A DNA stretch of 64,000 nt. Origin: Candidatus Eiseniibacteriota bacterium. Lineage in GTDB: Bacteria; Eisenbacteria; RBG-16-71-46; CAVPCR01. How positions within the stretch are numbered: the stretch's first letter is position 1; each line of letters opens with the position of its first letter. Of this stretch, positions 1 through 10,255 are shown one piece after another. Below the pieces are notes generated by a model, which was given only the letters and a program-made list of their open reading frames with translations, was not told the DNA's origin and did no database searches. The DNA lies in assembly GCA_963823555.1 (NCBI GenBank), contig CAWGMA010000004.1, positions 192,001 through 256,000 on the forward strand, given 5' to 3'. Both the position numbers and the translations under genes were made by a program.

Positions 1-113
1 CGCAACGTGATAACCGCCAGGAGGCCGCCGGCTTGACAGCGACCCGCTTGCCCGGTACCTTGTTCGGGCTTTCTCTCCCCGCCTAAACCAATACGGAGCT
101 AGGAGTTCAATCG

Positions 114-761
114 ATGATCGGCAAGATGCGCCAGCCACTGAAATGGCTCGGCCTCGCTGTCTTCTTCACGACCGTGGTCGCTTCTTGTGGCTCGACCAGC
201 ATGAAGGCCACCTGGAAGGATGAGAATTACAACACTCGGCCGCAGAAGTTCTTCATTGTCGGGCTGGCGAAGAACGAGGGCGCGCGCCGCATGTACGAGA
301 GCCAGTTCGTGACCCTGCTCAAGAGCAAGGGTGTTGACGCCTACGCGAGCTACACCTCCCTTCCCGAGGGCAAGGTCGATTCGGTGGCTGCCCACAGGGC
401 GATCGCTGAACTCAACTGCGATGCCGTCCTCGTGACACGGGTTCTGGACAAGAAGACCGTCCAGAGCTACTACCCGCCGACGACCACCTACATGGGGCCT
501 TCCTACTACCCGTCCTACTATTACGGGGGGTGGTACGGGTACTACGGATACGGCTACAACACCGTGACCACCCCTGGCTACACGACGACCGAGGACTACA
601 TCAGTCTCGAGACCAACGTTTACGACGTGGTCGGGAGGCGGCTTGTCTTCAGCGGGTTGTCGGAGACCATCCTCTCGACGTCGGGGCCGAGCGAGGGCAA
701 CATCGCGGAGCTGGCCCACGTCCTCGCGGATGCCATGGCCAAGAAGGGAATCATCCCCTAG
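114..761 (+). CDS. Lipoprotein with Tyr/Gly-rich segment (DUF4136-like)
   Basis: RBS AGGAG upstream; signal peptide with lipobox VVASC; low-complexity loop YYPSYYYGGWYGYYGYGY. Confidence 0.7.
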   Translation: MIGKMRQPLKWLGLAVFFTTVVASCGSTSMKATWKDENYNTRPQKFFIVGLAKNEGARRMYESQFVTLLKSKGVDAYASYTSLPEGKVDSVAAHRAIAELNCDAVLVTRVLDKKTVQSYYPPTTTYMGPSYYPSYYYGGWYGYYGYGYNTVTTPGYTTTEDYISLETNVYDVVGRRLVFSGLSETILSTSGPSEGNIAELAHVLADAMAKKGIIP

Positions 762-788
762 CCGCCCATCCGACCAAGTCCCGCAATC

Positions 789-843
789 GGCTGAAGGCCG
801 GAAGGAGACGACGCAACCGTTTCCTCCCGGCCTTCAGCCTTTC
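789..843. terminator. Intrinsic terminator between convergent genes
   Basis: Inverted repeat GGCTGAAGGCCGG...CCGGCCTTCAGCC followed by TTT. Confidence 0.7.
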
Positions 844-851
844 CTGCGGGC

Positions 852-1400
852 CTAGGGTGGGGAGATGACGAACTCGGCGGGATCGTAGCCCTGTGCGCGG
901 AGTGTGGAGTCGACGGCGGCGCTCTCTCGCGGAGTCATCTCGGGCTCCCGCGCCAGCACCCAGCCATAGTTGCGGCCGGGAGTGCCGACGACCGCGTATT
1001 CGTACTCGGATCCCAGCCCGATCACCCAGTAATCGCCCCAGAACAGCGGCAGGCCGAACGGGCGGAAGAAACTCACCTCGAGCCGCGCGTTGGTCTTGGC
1101 GTCAACGATCCGCGCGATGCCCCGCGCCACGTTCTCCGTGCCGTCCCGGCGACGGCAGCGGTTCAGGACCTCGATCCGGCCATCGGGACGGAGCGTGTAG
1201 GTCGCGGTCGTGCCGCCCGCACAACCGGCCTGGAACCAGTTCGGCAGACGTGAGATCTCGTACCAGGTTCCCAGGTAGCGTTCGATGTCGACCTGGTCGA
1301 CGGGCCGGGGTGGGGGCGCCGGCGGCGATTCTCCGGCACCGTTGCTCGCGCTCGCCGAGAACACCAGGCCCAGCGTAGCAAGGATCTGCGTGGCCTTCAT
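852..1400 (-). CDS. blc: Bacterial lipocalin (Blc family)
   Basis: YLGTWYEISR lipocalin motif, GDYWV, YGWVLAR; start trimmed to MKATQILA signal peptide. Confidence 0.88.
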   Translation of the reverse strand: MKATQILATLGLVFSASASNGAGESPPAPPPRPVDQVDIERYLGTWYEISRLPNWFQAGCAGGTTATYTLRPDGRIEVLNRCRRRDGTENVARGIARIVDAKTNARLEVSFFRPFGLPLFWGDYWVIGLGSEYEYAVVGTPGRNYGWVLAREPEMTPRESAAVDSTLRAQGYDPAEFVISPP

Positions 1401-1658
1401 GCTCGATGACATGGTCTCAGCATAGGTCAGATCCGGGAAGCCGACAAGCTCCGGTCGGTACCGATCCCCTCCTCGTCCGGGGAACGAGTTCTCTTCCGCC
1501 GCGTTGCTCTCGAGATCGCCGCATACCCACCGAAACTCATCTTGCGATGCGTGCACTTGCAAACTGGAAGACAGGATCGAATTCACGCCGATGGGTCTGT
1601 TGGCCCATGACTAGCGCCTTTTGACACAAGCGATTGTAGCCTCGCCCGCGGGTGCAAC

Positions 1659-1674
1659 TGGTATCAAAACTGCT
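1659..1674 (+). promoter_or_regulatory. Candidate sigma-54 promoter
   Basis: TGGTATCAAAACTGCT has GG and GC at exact -24/-12 spacing, about 80 bp upstream of ATG 1757. Confidence 0.5.
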
Positions 1675-1756
1675 TCCTACGGCTCTCGCTCCATCTCCGT
1701 CCACGCTCACAGTGTGGGCATGCGCTTCATGGACCCTGACAACAGAAAAGTGACGC

Positions 1757-2698
1757 ATGAAACTCGAAATGCGCCTCATGGTTGTTCTGGCTTCGATCTT
1801 CATGTTGACGACCAGCACCGGTTGCCTGGACACGCTCAATCCGAGCGCGGAGACCCCTCCTCCCGTCGATACCGGCAACCCTCCACCTGACAGCGATCCC
1901 GGGCCGGATCCCGAGCCGGACCCCGAGCCGGACCCCGAGCCGGACCCCGAGCCGGATCCCGAGCCGGACCCCGAACCGGATCTGCCGCCGCCACCGCCGC
2001 CGCCGCCGGCGGGGACCGTGCTCTACGAGCAGGATTTCGAAGGTAGCGATCCTTTCCGCGGCTGGGTGGGACGCAACACGAGCAGCAATCTCCGGGTCGT
2101 CGACCAGGGTGACAACAAGATCGGAAGACTCATCTACGAACCGCACTCCGACTGGCTGGTCTCGTTCCTGCCACGCCGCCAGGGCGTGATGGACCTCGAG
2201 GCCGAGTACTCGGTCCGGCTCCCGCGGGACTTCCGCTACAGACGGGACGAGAACGGTCAGATCATCGGGGGCGGCAAGCACTTCTGGCAGCTGACATCCC
2301 TCAACCGCTACGCCGGCGAGACGATGGAGGCCGACGGCCGGACGCGCCTCGACTTCGGGGCGGCGAGCGACTTCGGCGACTGGAACATCACGGCCTACCG
2401 CAACACCGTCGGTGGCGGGCGACCGGGCGAGTTCGCCATGTGGTTCGACCGTGGGGACTACTTCACGCCGGGCCGCTGGCACCGGGTTCGCTGCCGCGTG
2501 CACATCAACCCGGGTCCCGGGGACGGTTCGGGTCGCCTCGAGCTATGGATCGACGACCGGCACCTGGGGACCTTCGACGGCGAGTTCAACGTCGTGGGCC
2601 CGACCGGTGGGATCCGTGTCCTCGGGTTCGGCAATCTCGACAACGTCGAGGGTGCCCCCTGGGTCGAGGTGGATGACATCCGTGTCGTCGCCCGCTGA
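1757..2698 (+). CDS. Lipoprotein with Pro/Glu/Asp linker and polysaccharide-lyase-like (ConA/jelly-roll) domain
   Basis: Lipobox-like STGC; (DPEP)n plus polyPro linker; motifs DFE, GGK, GRWHRV, GRLELWID, DDIRV. Confidence 0.65.
   Translation: MKLEMRLMVVLASIFMLTTSTGCLDTLNPSAETPPPVDTGNPPPDSDPGPDPEPDPEPDPEPDPEPDPEPDPEPDLPPPPPPPPAGTVLYEQDFEGSDPFRGWVGRNTSSNLRVVDQGDNKIGRLIYEPHSDWLVSFLPRRQGVMDLEAEYSVRLPRDFRYRRDENGQIIGGGKHFWQLTSLNRYAGETMEADGRTRLDFGAASDFGDWNITAYRNTVGGGRPGEFAMWFDRGDYFTPGRWHRVRCRVHINPGPGDGSGRLELWIDDRHLGTFDGEFNVVGPTGGIRVLGFGNLDNVEGAPWVEVDDIRVVAR
1895..1978 (+). repeat. 12-bp tandem repeat, 7 units, encoding DPEP linker
   Basis: GAYCCCGAGCCG units seen directly. Confidence 0.95.
1982..2698 (+). 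repeat. 717-bp direct duplication, copy 1 (copy 2 at 4013..4729)
   Basis: Collinear without indels; 18 of 238 aa differ by manual count. Confidence 0.95.
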
Positions 2699-2750
2699 GC
2701 GGAACACGCTCGATCGAGAGTGACGGCCCCAGGGTCGTCTTGAGAGAGAT

Positions 2751-2778
2751 GGGCTCCGCGGCGAAAGCCGCGGAGCCC
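2751..2778. terminator. Perfect 12-bp hairpin with GAAA loop (terminator-like, no U-tail)
   Basis: GGGCTCCGCGGC-GAAA-GCCGCGGAGCCC. Confidence 0.55.
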
Positions 2779-3145
2779 TCGCATGTAAGGTGGATCGGTG
2801 CTTCCCTGCCTGAGCCGGCGCCCTTCTTCTCTTGACGGGCGATTGGCCCAGCTGGTAACCTCCTCCGGCTGTCCAGCCCACCACGCGGCAGCGTGAGCGA
2901 GCTGTCCCCGGAACCTGCCCTGCCCCTCCCAATCCCTCGCAGCGGCTCAGGAACCCATAGGGCGCTCTACACCTCAGTCAACCCGGATGAAGCGTCTCGT
3001 CCTGGATTCGGTCCAGGCCGAGCCAGTCGCCCAGTGACCGATGCGGACGGCCCCGCGCTCCTGGCCCGCCCGACCCCCGGATGCCGCTCCTGATGGGCAT
3101 CGGAAGCAGGTCCAAGAGCCCGTCCGTGCCAGGGAGGGACAGAGG

Positions 3146-4729
3146 ATGTCCTGTTTTCGTCGTGGTCTCCCGCTTTTCCTGATCCTGCTGCTCTTTGCCT
3201 GCACCACCAAGAGCACGACCCCCGAGATCGATCCGGTCTCGGGGAGCAAGGGTGAAGACGGCATCCGTTTCGATCTCGGTACCCCACCGGAAGTGGTCGA
3301 GCAGGCTGCCATGTCAGGTGTTGAGTCCAAGGAGTCGGAAGCGCTGATCGTTGATCCCCGCCCCGGCGAACTCATCCTCGTGGATCGCGGTGACTGGCAG
3401 GACTGGCGCCTGAAGCGCCCGCAGCAGGCTGGTACCGACAACTACGGCAAGTGGCTCGACTTCGAGCCCCTGGACAACGAGGCGCGATCCCCGGAGTTTC
3501 GCGGCACCCATATGATTCGCGCGCGATTCCAGATCTACTTCCCGCCGCGGTTCCCGTTCTACACCCAGCTCGAGGAGGAGGATCGCGCGACGAACCTCTT
3601 TGCCTTGACCTCGACCGATGACGAGTCCGAGGGCCCCTTCGTCAGCCTCGGCGTCAACCTGAGCGCGGACTCCATGTGGCGGGTCCACGCCAGGTATCGC
3701 GATGCCCTTGGCGAAGAGCATGACTCGGGCGATGAGTTCATGATCCCGTGGGCGTTCGAACATGGCTGGAATCAAGTGATCTGGGTTGTCGTCCTGCGCG
3801 AGCCCGGTGCACACGATGATGCGCTACGCATCCAGATTGGCAGCAAGACCTTCGCCTGGACCGGGCTCGATCTGAGCGGCGCCGGAGATCCGCTCCGGTT
3901 CTTCAAGCTGGGTAGCTGGGACGTGCCGCGCGGCGATCGGCACGTCTACCTGCGGCTGCTTCGCGTCGAGGATCTGGCGCCGCGGAACGACCCCGACCCG
4001 CTGCCCGATCCGCTGCCGCCGCCACCGCCGCCGCCGCCGGCGGGGACCGTGCTCTACGAGCAGGATTTCGAAGGTAGCGATCCCTTCCGCGGCTGGTTGG
4101 GGCGTAACGCAAGCAGCAACCTCCAGGTCATCGATCAGGGCGAGAACAGGATCGGAAGGCTGGTCTACGAACCGCACTCGGACTGGCTGGTCTCGTTCCT
4201 GCCGCGCCGCCAGGGTGTGATGGACCTCGAGGCCGAGTACTCGGTCCGGCTCCCGGTCGGCTTCCGCTACAAGCGGGACGAGAACGGTCAGATCATCGGC
4301 GGCGGCAAGCACTTCTGGCAGCTGACGTCCATCAATCGCTATCTCGGCGAGACGATGGATGCCGACGGCCGGACGCGCCTCGACTTCGGGGCGGCGAGCG
4401 ACTTCGGCGACTGGAACATCACGGCCTACCGCAACACCGTGGGTGGAGGGCGACCGGGCGAGTTCGCCATGTGGTTCGCGCGCGGGGACTACTTCACGCC
4501 AGGCCGCTGGCACCGGGTTCGCTGCCGCGTGCACATCAACCCGGGTCCCGGGGACAACTCGGGTCGCCTCGAGCTGTGGATCGACGACCGGCATCTGGGG
4601 ACCTTCGGCGGCGAGTTCAACGTCGTGGGCCCGACCGGCGGGATCCGCGTCCTCGGGTTCGGCAATCTCGACAACATCGAGGGTGCCCCCTGGGTCGAGG
4701 TGGATGACATTCGTATCGTGGCTCGTTGA
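3146..4729 (+). CDS. Lipoprotein with two jelly-roll/lyase-like domains
   Basis: RBS GGAGG then MSCFRRGLPLFLILLLFAC lipobox; divergent N-terminal domain, polyPro linker, then near-identical copy of the upstream gene's domain. Confidence 0.7.
   Translation: MSCFRRGLPLFLILLLFACTTKSTTPEIDPVSGSKGEDGIRFDLGTPPEVVEQAAMSGVESKESEALIVDPRPGELILVDRGDWQDWRLKRPQQAGTDNYGKWLDFEPLDNEARSPEFRGTHMIRARFQIYFPPRFPFYTQLEEEDRATNLFALTSTDDESEGPFVSLGVNLSADSMWRVHARYRDALGEEHDSGDEFMIPWAFEHGWNQVIWVVVLREPGAHDDALRIQIGSKTFAWTGLDLSGAGDPLRFFKLGSWDVPRGDRHVYLRLLRVEDLAPRNDPDPLPDPLPPPPPPPPAGTVLYEQDFEGSDPFRGWLGRNASSNLQVIDQGENRIGRLVYEPHSDWLVSFLPRRQGVMDLEAEYSVRLPVGFRYKRDENGQIIGGGKHFWQLTSINRYLGETMDADGRTRLDFGAASDFGDWNITAYRNTVGGGRPGEFAMWFARGDYFTPGRWHRVRCRVHINPGPGDNSGRLELWIDDRHLGTFGGEFNVVGPTGGIRVLGFGNLDNIEGAPWVEVDDIRIVAR
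4013..4729 (+). repeat. 717-bp direct duplication, copy 2
   Basis: Matches 1982..2698. Confidence 0.95.
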
Positions 4730-4782
4730 TAGGAGCCCGGATCGGAGGGCGTGAGCGAGCTGATCCGACCGCTTGGAATGAT

Positions 4783-4820
4783 GAGGGGGGGGTGGCCTGG
4801 GCCACCCCCTCCTTTTTTTT
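4783..4820 (+). terminator. Rho-independent terminator
   Basis: GGGGGTGGC-CTGG-GCCACCCCC stem followed by a T8 run. Confidence 0.85.
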
Positions 4821-4964
4821 CTTGCCGCGAGCCCCCATTCCGGGGCGACTGGTGGACTGCGGCTGCCGGCAGCCGCCATCAACCGCCTTGCCAGCTACCT
4901 ATCTTTTGATATTACAATTGTTTAGGAGATCGTCGCGGGACCGGCCTCGCAAAAAACTCTACCT

Positions 4965-4990
4965 GAACCCTTACGTATGCGTTATGGTTC
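4965..4990. promoter_or_regulatory. Imperfect 26-bp dyad, candidate MerR operator
   Basis: GAACCCTTACGTATGCGTTATGGTTC, 10 of 13 pairs symmetric, in an AT-rich region upstream of the merR-family gene. Confidence 0.55.
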
Positions 4991-5036
4991 TAAAGGACGA
5001 GATAGGGACCGGGGCCGTCAGGCAGGAGTTGAAACC

Positions 5037-5516
5037 ATGGGTGAGGCTTCCAGGCTGCTTCAGGTCGGCGAGCTCGCCGAGCTCAGCGGGAAGACGGTGC
5101 GTGCCGTTCATCACTACGAGGACATCGGACTGATCAAGCCCGTCGGGCGCTCGGCTGGCGGATACCGCATGTTCAGCACGGAGACCCTCACCCGGATTCG
5201 CTGGGTGGGAATGTTGCAGGATCTGGGGCTCTCTCTTTCCGAGATCCGCAACTGGTTGCGCGATCTGGAAGACAAGCAAACCGCCCCCGGGGCCATGAAG
5301 GAAGTGAGGGCCCTGTTCGAGCGCAAGCTCGCAGAGACCCGAAGCTCCGTCGATCGCCTGCACTCACTCGAGCGGGAGCTCATATCGAGCCTCGAGTATC
5401 TCTCGGCCTGCTCAACATGCCGCCACGAGGAATCGATCGCTGTTTGTGGGGACTGCGACCAGCAGCACACGGAGGTCCGCCCGCCGCAGCTCATCGCCGG
5501 CATCCACGGCGGATAG
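5037..5516 (+). CDS. MerR-family transcriptional regulator with C-terminal CX2CX8CX2C
   Basis: [27 protein letters not shown]...RSAGGYRMF MerR HTH; CSTC-x8-CGDC; RBS AGGAG. Confidence 0.9.
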   Translation: MGEASRLLQVGELAELSGKTVRAVHHYEDIGLIKPVGRSAGGYRMFSTETLTRIRWVGMLQDLGLSLSEIRNWLRDLEDKQTAPGAMKEVRALFERKLAETRSSVDRLHSLERELISSLEYLSACSTCRHEESIAVCGDCDQQHTEVRPPQLIAGIHGG

Positions 5517-5535
5517 GGGAAGGAAAGGACGATCA

Positions 5536-6756
5536 ATGGTCAAGCTGCCGATCTACATGGACAACCAGGCGACGACACCCGTCGATCCGCGGGTCCTCGA
5601 GGCCATGCTTCCTTACTTCCAGGAGCGTTTCGGCAACGCTGCCAGCCGTAACCATGTCTTCGGCTGGACGGCGGAAGAGGGCGTTGAGGTGGCCCGCGAG
5701 CAGATCGCGCGTATCATCGGCGCCTCCGCCAAGGAAATGGTCATCACCAGCGGGGCGACCGAGAGCAACAACCTCGCCATCAAGGGCGTAGCCGATTTCT
5801 ATCAGTCGAAGGGCGATCACATCATCACGGCGGTCACCGAACACAAGGCGGTGCTCGATACCTGCAAGGCTCTCGAGCGTCGGGGCGTTCGAGTCACCTA
5901 CTTGCCCGTGAGCAAGGACGGCCTGGTCGACCCGGATGATGTCCGGAAGGCGATCACGGACCGCACCGTGTTGGTCACGATCATGATCGCGAACAACGAG
6001 ATCGGCACCATCAATCCAGTGGCGGAGATCGGCAAGATCGCGCGGGAACGCGGGGTGCTGTTTCATTGCGACGCCGTCCAGGCGGTGGCCAAGATCCCGG
6101 TCGACGTGGAGGCGATGAGCATCGATCTGCTCTCGCTGTCCGCCCACAAGATCTACGGACCGAAGGGGGTGGGGGCGCTCTATGTGCGGCGCAAGAACCC
6201 GCGTGTGCGCCTGACCCCGATCGTCGATGGCGGTGGCCATGAGCGCGGTATGCGCTCGGGTACCCTCAATGTGCCGGGGATCGTCGGCATGGGCAAGGCC
6301 TGCGCGATCGGCCTGGAGGAGATGGGGAGCGAGTCCAGGCGCGTCTTTGCGCTACGCGAGAAACTGCGGAACCGCCTCTGCGGGGAGCTGGATGCCGTCT
6401 ATGTCAACGGTAGCCTTGAGCATCGACTGCCCGGGAGTCTGAATGTCAGCTTCGCCTATGTCGAGGGCGAGTCGATGCTCATGGGTCTCAAGGACGTGGC
6501 TGTTTCGTCGGGCTCGGCCTGCACTTCGGCGAGCCTGGAGCCATCGTATGTGTTGCGCGCGCTGGGGGTGGGAGAGGATCTGGCCCACACCTCGATTCGT
6601 TTCGGCATCGGTCGCTTCAATACCGAGGAGGAAGTCGACTTCGTGGCCGATCACGTTATCGACAATGTGAAGCGGTTGCGAGCGATGTCCCCTCTGTACG
6701 AGATGGTCCAGGAAGGGATCGATCTCAACTCGGTGTCCTGGGTCTCTGGTGAATAA
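5536..6756 (+). CDS. iscS: Cysteine desulfurase IscS
   Basis: [18 protein letters not shown] (PLP Lys), SSGSACTS (catalytic Cys), C-terminal SPLYEM. Confidence 0.97.
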   Translation: MVKLPIYMDNQATTPVDPRVLEAMLPYFQERFGNAASRNHVFGWTAEEGVEVAREQIARIIGASAKEMVITSGATESNNLAIKGVADFYQSKGDHIITAVTEHKAVLDTCKALERRGVRVTYLPVSKDGLVDPDDVRKAITDRTVLVTIMIANNEIGTINPVAEIGKIARERGVLFHCDAVQAVAKIPVDVEAMSIDLLSLSAHKIYGPKGVGALYVRRKNPRVRLTPIVDGGGHERGMRSGTLNVPGIVGMGKACAIGLEEMGSESRRVFALREKLRNRLCGELDAVYVNGSLEHRLPGSLNVSFAYVEGESMLMGLKDVAVSSGSACTSASLEPSYVLRALGVGEDLAHTSIRFGIGRFNTEEEVDFVADHVIDNVKRLRAMSPLYEMVQEGIDLNSVSWVSGE

Positions 6757-6804
6757 GGTCCCGGGGGTTCTTGCCCCCTGGTCCCGGAAAGACGAGGTCG
6801 GAAA

Positions 6805-7221
6805 ATGGCGTACTCGAACAAGGTAGTCGACCACTACGAAAATCCTCGGAACGTGGGCAGCCTGGATAAGAATGATCCGCGGGTTGGGACCGGGCTGGTT
6901 GGCGCCCCCGCCTGCGGTGACGTCATGAAGCTGCAGGTCCTGGTCAATGACGCTGGCGTCATCGAGGATGCCAAGTTCAAGACCTTCGGTTGCGGCAGCG
7001 CCATCGCCAGCTCGAGCCTGGTGACCGAGTGGGTCAAGGGCCGGACGGTGCAGGAGGCGCTCGAGATCAAGAACAACGAGATCGCCGAGGAGCTGAGCTT
7101 ACCGCCCGTCAAGATCCACTGCTCGGTTCTGGCCGAGGACGCCATCAAAGCGGCGCTTCGCGATTATATGACCAAGCGCGGCGAGAATGGTGGCAACGGC
7201 AACGACGATGCTTCGGCCTAG
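6805..7221 (+). CDS. iscU: Fe-S scaffold IscU
   Basis: MAYSNKVVDHYENPRNVG, APACGD, FGCGSA, LPPVKIHCS. Confidence 0.97.
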   Translation: MAYSNKVVDHYENPRNVGSLDKNDPRVGTGLVGAPACGDVMKLQVLVNDAGVIEDAKFKTFGCGSAIASSSLVTEWVKGRTVQEALEIKNNEIAEELSLPPVKIHCSVLAEDAIKAALRDYMTKRGENGGNGNDDASA

Positions 7222-7269
7222 TGTGGCCGGATCGACCGCGGCCCGCTTACGGAGCATGAGAGGCGAACG

Positions 7270-7593
7270 ATGATCACGGTGACGGCACATGCGGCGAACC
7301 GCGTGAAGAAGATACTGGCCGAGCGTGGAACCCCGGGTATGGGGCTCCGCATCGGTATTCGTGGTGGTGGTTGCTCGGGACTGTCCTATTTCATGGATTT
7401 CACACAGGAGCCGGAAAAGACGGACAAGATCCTGGAGTTCGATGGGCTGAAGGTCTATGTGGATCCTAAGAGCTTCCTCTTCTTGAACGGCGTCGAACTC
7501 GACTATAACGAGGGCATCACCCATCATGGGTTTCAGTTCCGCAATCCTAACGCCAAGTCGAGCTGTGGATGCGGAGAGAGCTTCACAACCTAG
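7270..7593 (+). CDS. iscA: A-type Fe-S carrier IscA
   Basis: GGCSGLSY and CGCGESF motifs. Confidence 0.95.
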   Translation: MITVTAHAANRVKKILAERGTPGMGLRIGIRGGGCSGLSYFMDFTQEPEKTDKILEFDGLKVYVDPKSFLFLNGVELDYNEGITHHGFQFRNPNAKSSCGCGESFTT

Positions 7594-7630
7594 GATCAGT
7601 CGGGAGCTGATCCAGTCGGTGGCGGGGGGG

Positions 7631-8287
7631 ATGGTCGAGATCCAGAAGGGTGACGAGACGACGGGGGCAGCCGCTTCCCGTTCGGGGTCTGGGCGGGCTC
7701 GGGCCGATCACTTTGCCGTGCTCGGCGTACCGCGCCGCTGGCACCTCGATGCGGCCCTGCTCGCCGAACGCCACCTGGCCCTGACACGTGAACTGCATCC
7801 CGACCGCTTTGCCCAGGCTTCACCACGGGAACGGCTGATGAGCCTGGAGCGCACGACTGCCATCAACGACGCCTATCGCACGCTCCGCGACCCGATCCGT
7901 CGCGCGGAGTACATCCTCAGTCTGGCCGGGATCGGCCATGGCGACCATAGTCTGGCTCAAGGCCATGAGTCCGCTCCCACCGATCCCGAGTTCCTCGAGG
8001 AGATCATGCATGTCCGGGAGCGCATGATGGAGCTCGACCTGGGCGGTGGACACGGTCGTGAATCACCGGAGGCGGTTGCGATTCGTGCCGGTGCCGAGGC
8101 CAAGATCGCCGCGATCGACCAGCGGATCGCCGACCAGTTCGCCGTCTGGGAACAGGATCCCGGCGCGGCGGGGAGCCAGGCGATCCTCCTCGATATCGAT
8201 CGCTGCCTGGCGCAGCGACGGTATTACATCAACATCGTGCGCGAGATCGAGGGCGAAGAGATCCCGGCAGGTCACGGCACGCTCTAA
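7631..8287 (+). CDS. hscB: Fe-S co-chaperone HscB
   Basis: J-domain HPD, INDAYRTLRDPIRRAEY, DPEFLEEIM; between iscA and hscA. Confidence 0.92.
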   Translation: MVEIQKGDETTGAAASRSGSGRARADHFAVLGVPRRWHLDAALLAERHLALTRELHPDRFAQASPRERLMSLERTTAINDAYRTLRDPIRRAEYILSLAGIGHGDHSLAQGHESAPTDPEFLEEIMHVRERMMELDLGGGHGRESPEAVAIRAGAEAKIAAIDQRIADQFAVWEQDPGAAGSQAILLDIDRCLAQRRYYINIVREIEGEEIPAGHGTL

Positions 8288-8317
8288 TCAAGAGCCAGGA
8301 TTCAGGGAAGGAACAGC

Positions 8318-10156
8318 ATGTCCAAGCCGATTGGAATCGACCTTGGAACCACCAACAGCTTGGTCGCCTTTGTCACGGCGGATGGCGTGCGTGTACTGCC
8401 CGATGCCGACGGGAACCGGCTCTTGCCCTCGGCCGTGCATTATGCGGCGGACGGTCGCATCACGGTCGGCCTCCGGGCGACGGAGGCGGCCCTCGAAGAG
8501 CCTTTCGATACCATTCTCTCCGTCAAGCGGTTCATGGGGCGGAGCATGGCTGAGCGCGACAGGGCGCGCGGGATTGCTCCATATCGCTTCACGGAAGAGG
8601 ATGGTCCCATCGTGCGCTTTGTGGCCGGCGGTCGTGAAGTGAATCCGATGCAGGTCTCGGCCGAGATCTTGAAGGCGCTCAAGGAGCGCGCGGAAATGGC
8701 GATCGGCGAGGAAGTGCGGGATGCGGTGATCACGGTTCCGGCGTATTTCGATGATGCCCAGCGGCAAGCGACCAAGGATGCCGGCCGGCTGGCCGATCTC
8801 AACGTGCTGCGCCTTCTCAACGAGCCTACCGCGGCGGCGCTGGCCTACGGATTGGATGCGCGACCGGAAGGGATGTTCGCGGTCTACGACCTGGGCGGCG
8901 GGACATTCGACATCTCCGTTCTCAGGCTGGTGCGAGGCGTCTTTCAGGTGCTCGCCACCGGTGGCGACTCCCATCTCGGCGGTGATGACTTCGACCGCGC
9001 GCTGGCTGAGCACTGGATCGCTCGACTCTGGCCTGGGCACGGGGTCGACGATCTCGATCCGCGTGCGCTCCGGCGGTTGCTCGAGATGGCCGAGCAGGTG
9101 AAGATCGCCCTGTCGCAGGCCGAGGAGACGACGGTCAACGTGCCGCCGCTGCCTGGGTTGCCGGGAGGCGGTCATCTCTCCATCACGCGATCCGAGTTCG
9201 AGGACCTGATCCGCCCCGTCGTCGAGCGGACGGCGGCACCTTGCCGCCAGGCGCTCCGTGATGCGGGAATCACCCCCGGCGAGCTCGCCGGCGTGGTCCC
9301 TGTCGGTGGCTCGACCCGCGTGCCGCTCGTACGCGCAACCATGTCCCGCCTGTTCGGTGTGGAGCCCCTCACCGGTATCGATCCCGACGAGGTGGTGGCG
9401 GTCGGAGCCGCGCTCCAGGCCAACCTGCTTGCCGGCAAGGGGGGTGGGGATCTCCTGCTGCTGGATGTGATCCCGCTCTCGCTGGGCATCGAGACCATGG
9501 GCGGCGTCGTTGAGAAGATCATCCCCCGCAACTCGACGATTCCGACCAGCGCCACCCAGGTCTTCACCACCTACGCAGATAACCAGACCGGGATGGACAT
9601 CCATGTCGTGCAGGGCGAGCGTGAGCTGGCCAGCGATTGCCGGAGTCTGGCCAAGTTCACGCTCAAGGGCATCCCGCCGCGCCCGGCTGGCATGTGTCGG
9701 GTGCGAGTGACCTTCCAGGTGGACGCCGATGGTCTCCTCACCGCCGGTGCCCGGGAGGAGGAGACCGGGATCATGCAGTCGGTGGAGGTCAAGCCTTCCT
9801 ATGGACTCACCGACACCGAGGTCGAGCAGATGCTGCTCGCATCCTTCGAGCATGCCGAGGAGGACGTCAAGGCGCGCTTTCTGCGCCAGTCCCGCATCGA
9901 AGGCGAACGTATCCTGCATGCGCTGGGCGATGCCCTCACCAAGGACGGAGAGCGTCTGTTGAGTGCGGAGGAGCGGGCCGCGATCGAGGCCGTGGCCGGG
10001 GAGCTCCGCGCCGCGCTCGCGGATGAGGACTACACGAAGATCCAGGAGCTCTCCAAGCGCCTTGATGAGATATCGGCGGCGTTCGCCGAGCGGCGGATGA
10101 CCGAGTCGATTCGCAGCATTCTCGTTGACCGGAAGGCGGCGGACGTGGAGCTCTAG
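8318..10156 (+). CDS. hscA: Fe-S chaperone HscA (Hsp70 family)
   Basis: [46 protein letters not shown]; operon context. Confidence 0.95.
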   Translation: MSKPIGIDLGTTNSLVAFVTADGVRVLPDADGNRLLPSAVHYAADGRITVGLRATEAALEEPFDTILSVKRFMGRSMAERDRARGIAPYRFTEEDGPIVRFVAGGREVNPMQVSAEILKALKERAEMAIGEEVRDAVITVPAYFDDAQRQATKDAGRLADLNVLRLLNEPTAAALAYGLDARPEGMFAVYDLGGGTFDISVLRLVRGVFQVLATGGDSHLGGDDFDRALAEHWIARLWPGHGVDDLDPRALRRLLEMAEQVKIALSQAEETTVNVPPLPGLPGGGHLSITRSEFEDLIRPVVERTAAPCRQALRDAGITPGELAGVVPVGGSTRVPLVRATMSRLFGVEPLTGIDPDEVVAVGAALQANLLAGKGGGDLLLLDVIPLSLGIETMGGVVEKIIPRNSTIPTSATQVFTTYADNQTGMDIHVVQGERELASDCRSLAKFTLKGIPPRPAGMCRVRVTFQVDADGLLTAGAREEETGIMQSVEVKPSYGLTDTEVEQMLLASFEHAEEDVKARFLRQSRIEGERILHALGDALTKDGERLLSAEERAAIEAVAGELRAALADEDYTKIQELSKRLDEISAAFAERRMTESIRSILVDRKAADVEL

Positions 10157-10221
10157 CCGGCCGGGTCGCGGCGCGGCGGACCCGGCCGGCCAGGCGGCGG
10201 CCGGCCCCGTTTGGAATCGGC

Positions 10222-10251
10222 TTGGCACGCGCCCGGACCGGCTGCTACATT
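10222..10251 (+). promoter_or_regulatory. Candidate sigma-70 promoter
   Basis: TTGGCA-N18-TACATT with extended -10 TG. Confidence 0.45.
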
Positions 10252-10255
10252 GCCA

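Noticed and set aside
1895..1978. Tandem repeat as a CRISPR array
   Set aside because: 12-bp units without spacers, inside a CDS, and no cas genes
1982..4729. Duplicated segment as a DGR template/variable repeat pair
   Set aside because: No reverse transcriptase in the window, both copies are coding, and the differences are not adenine-specific
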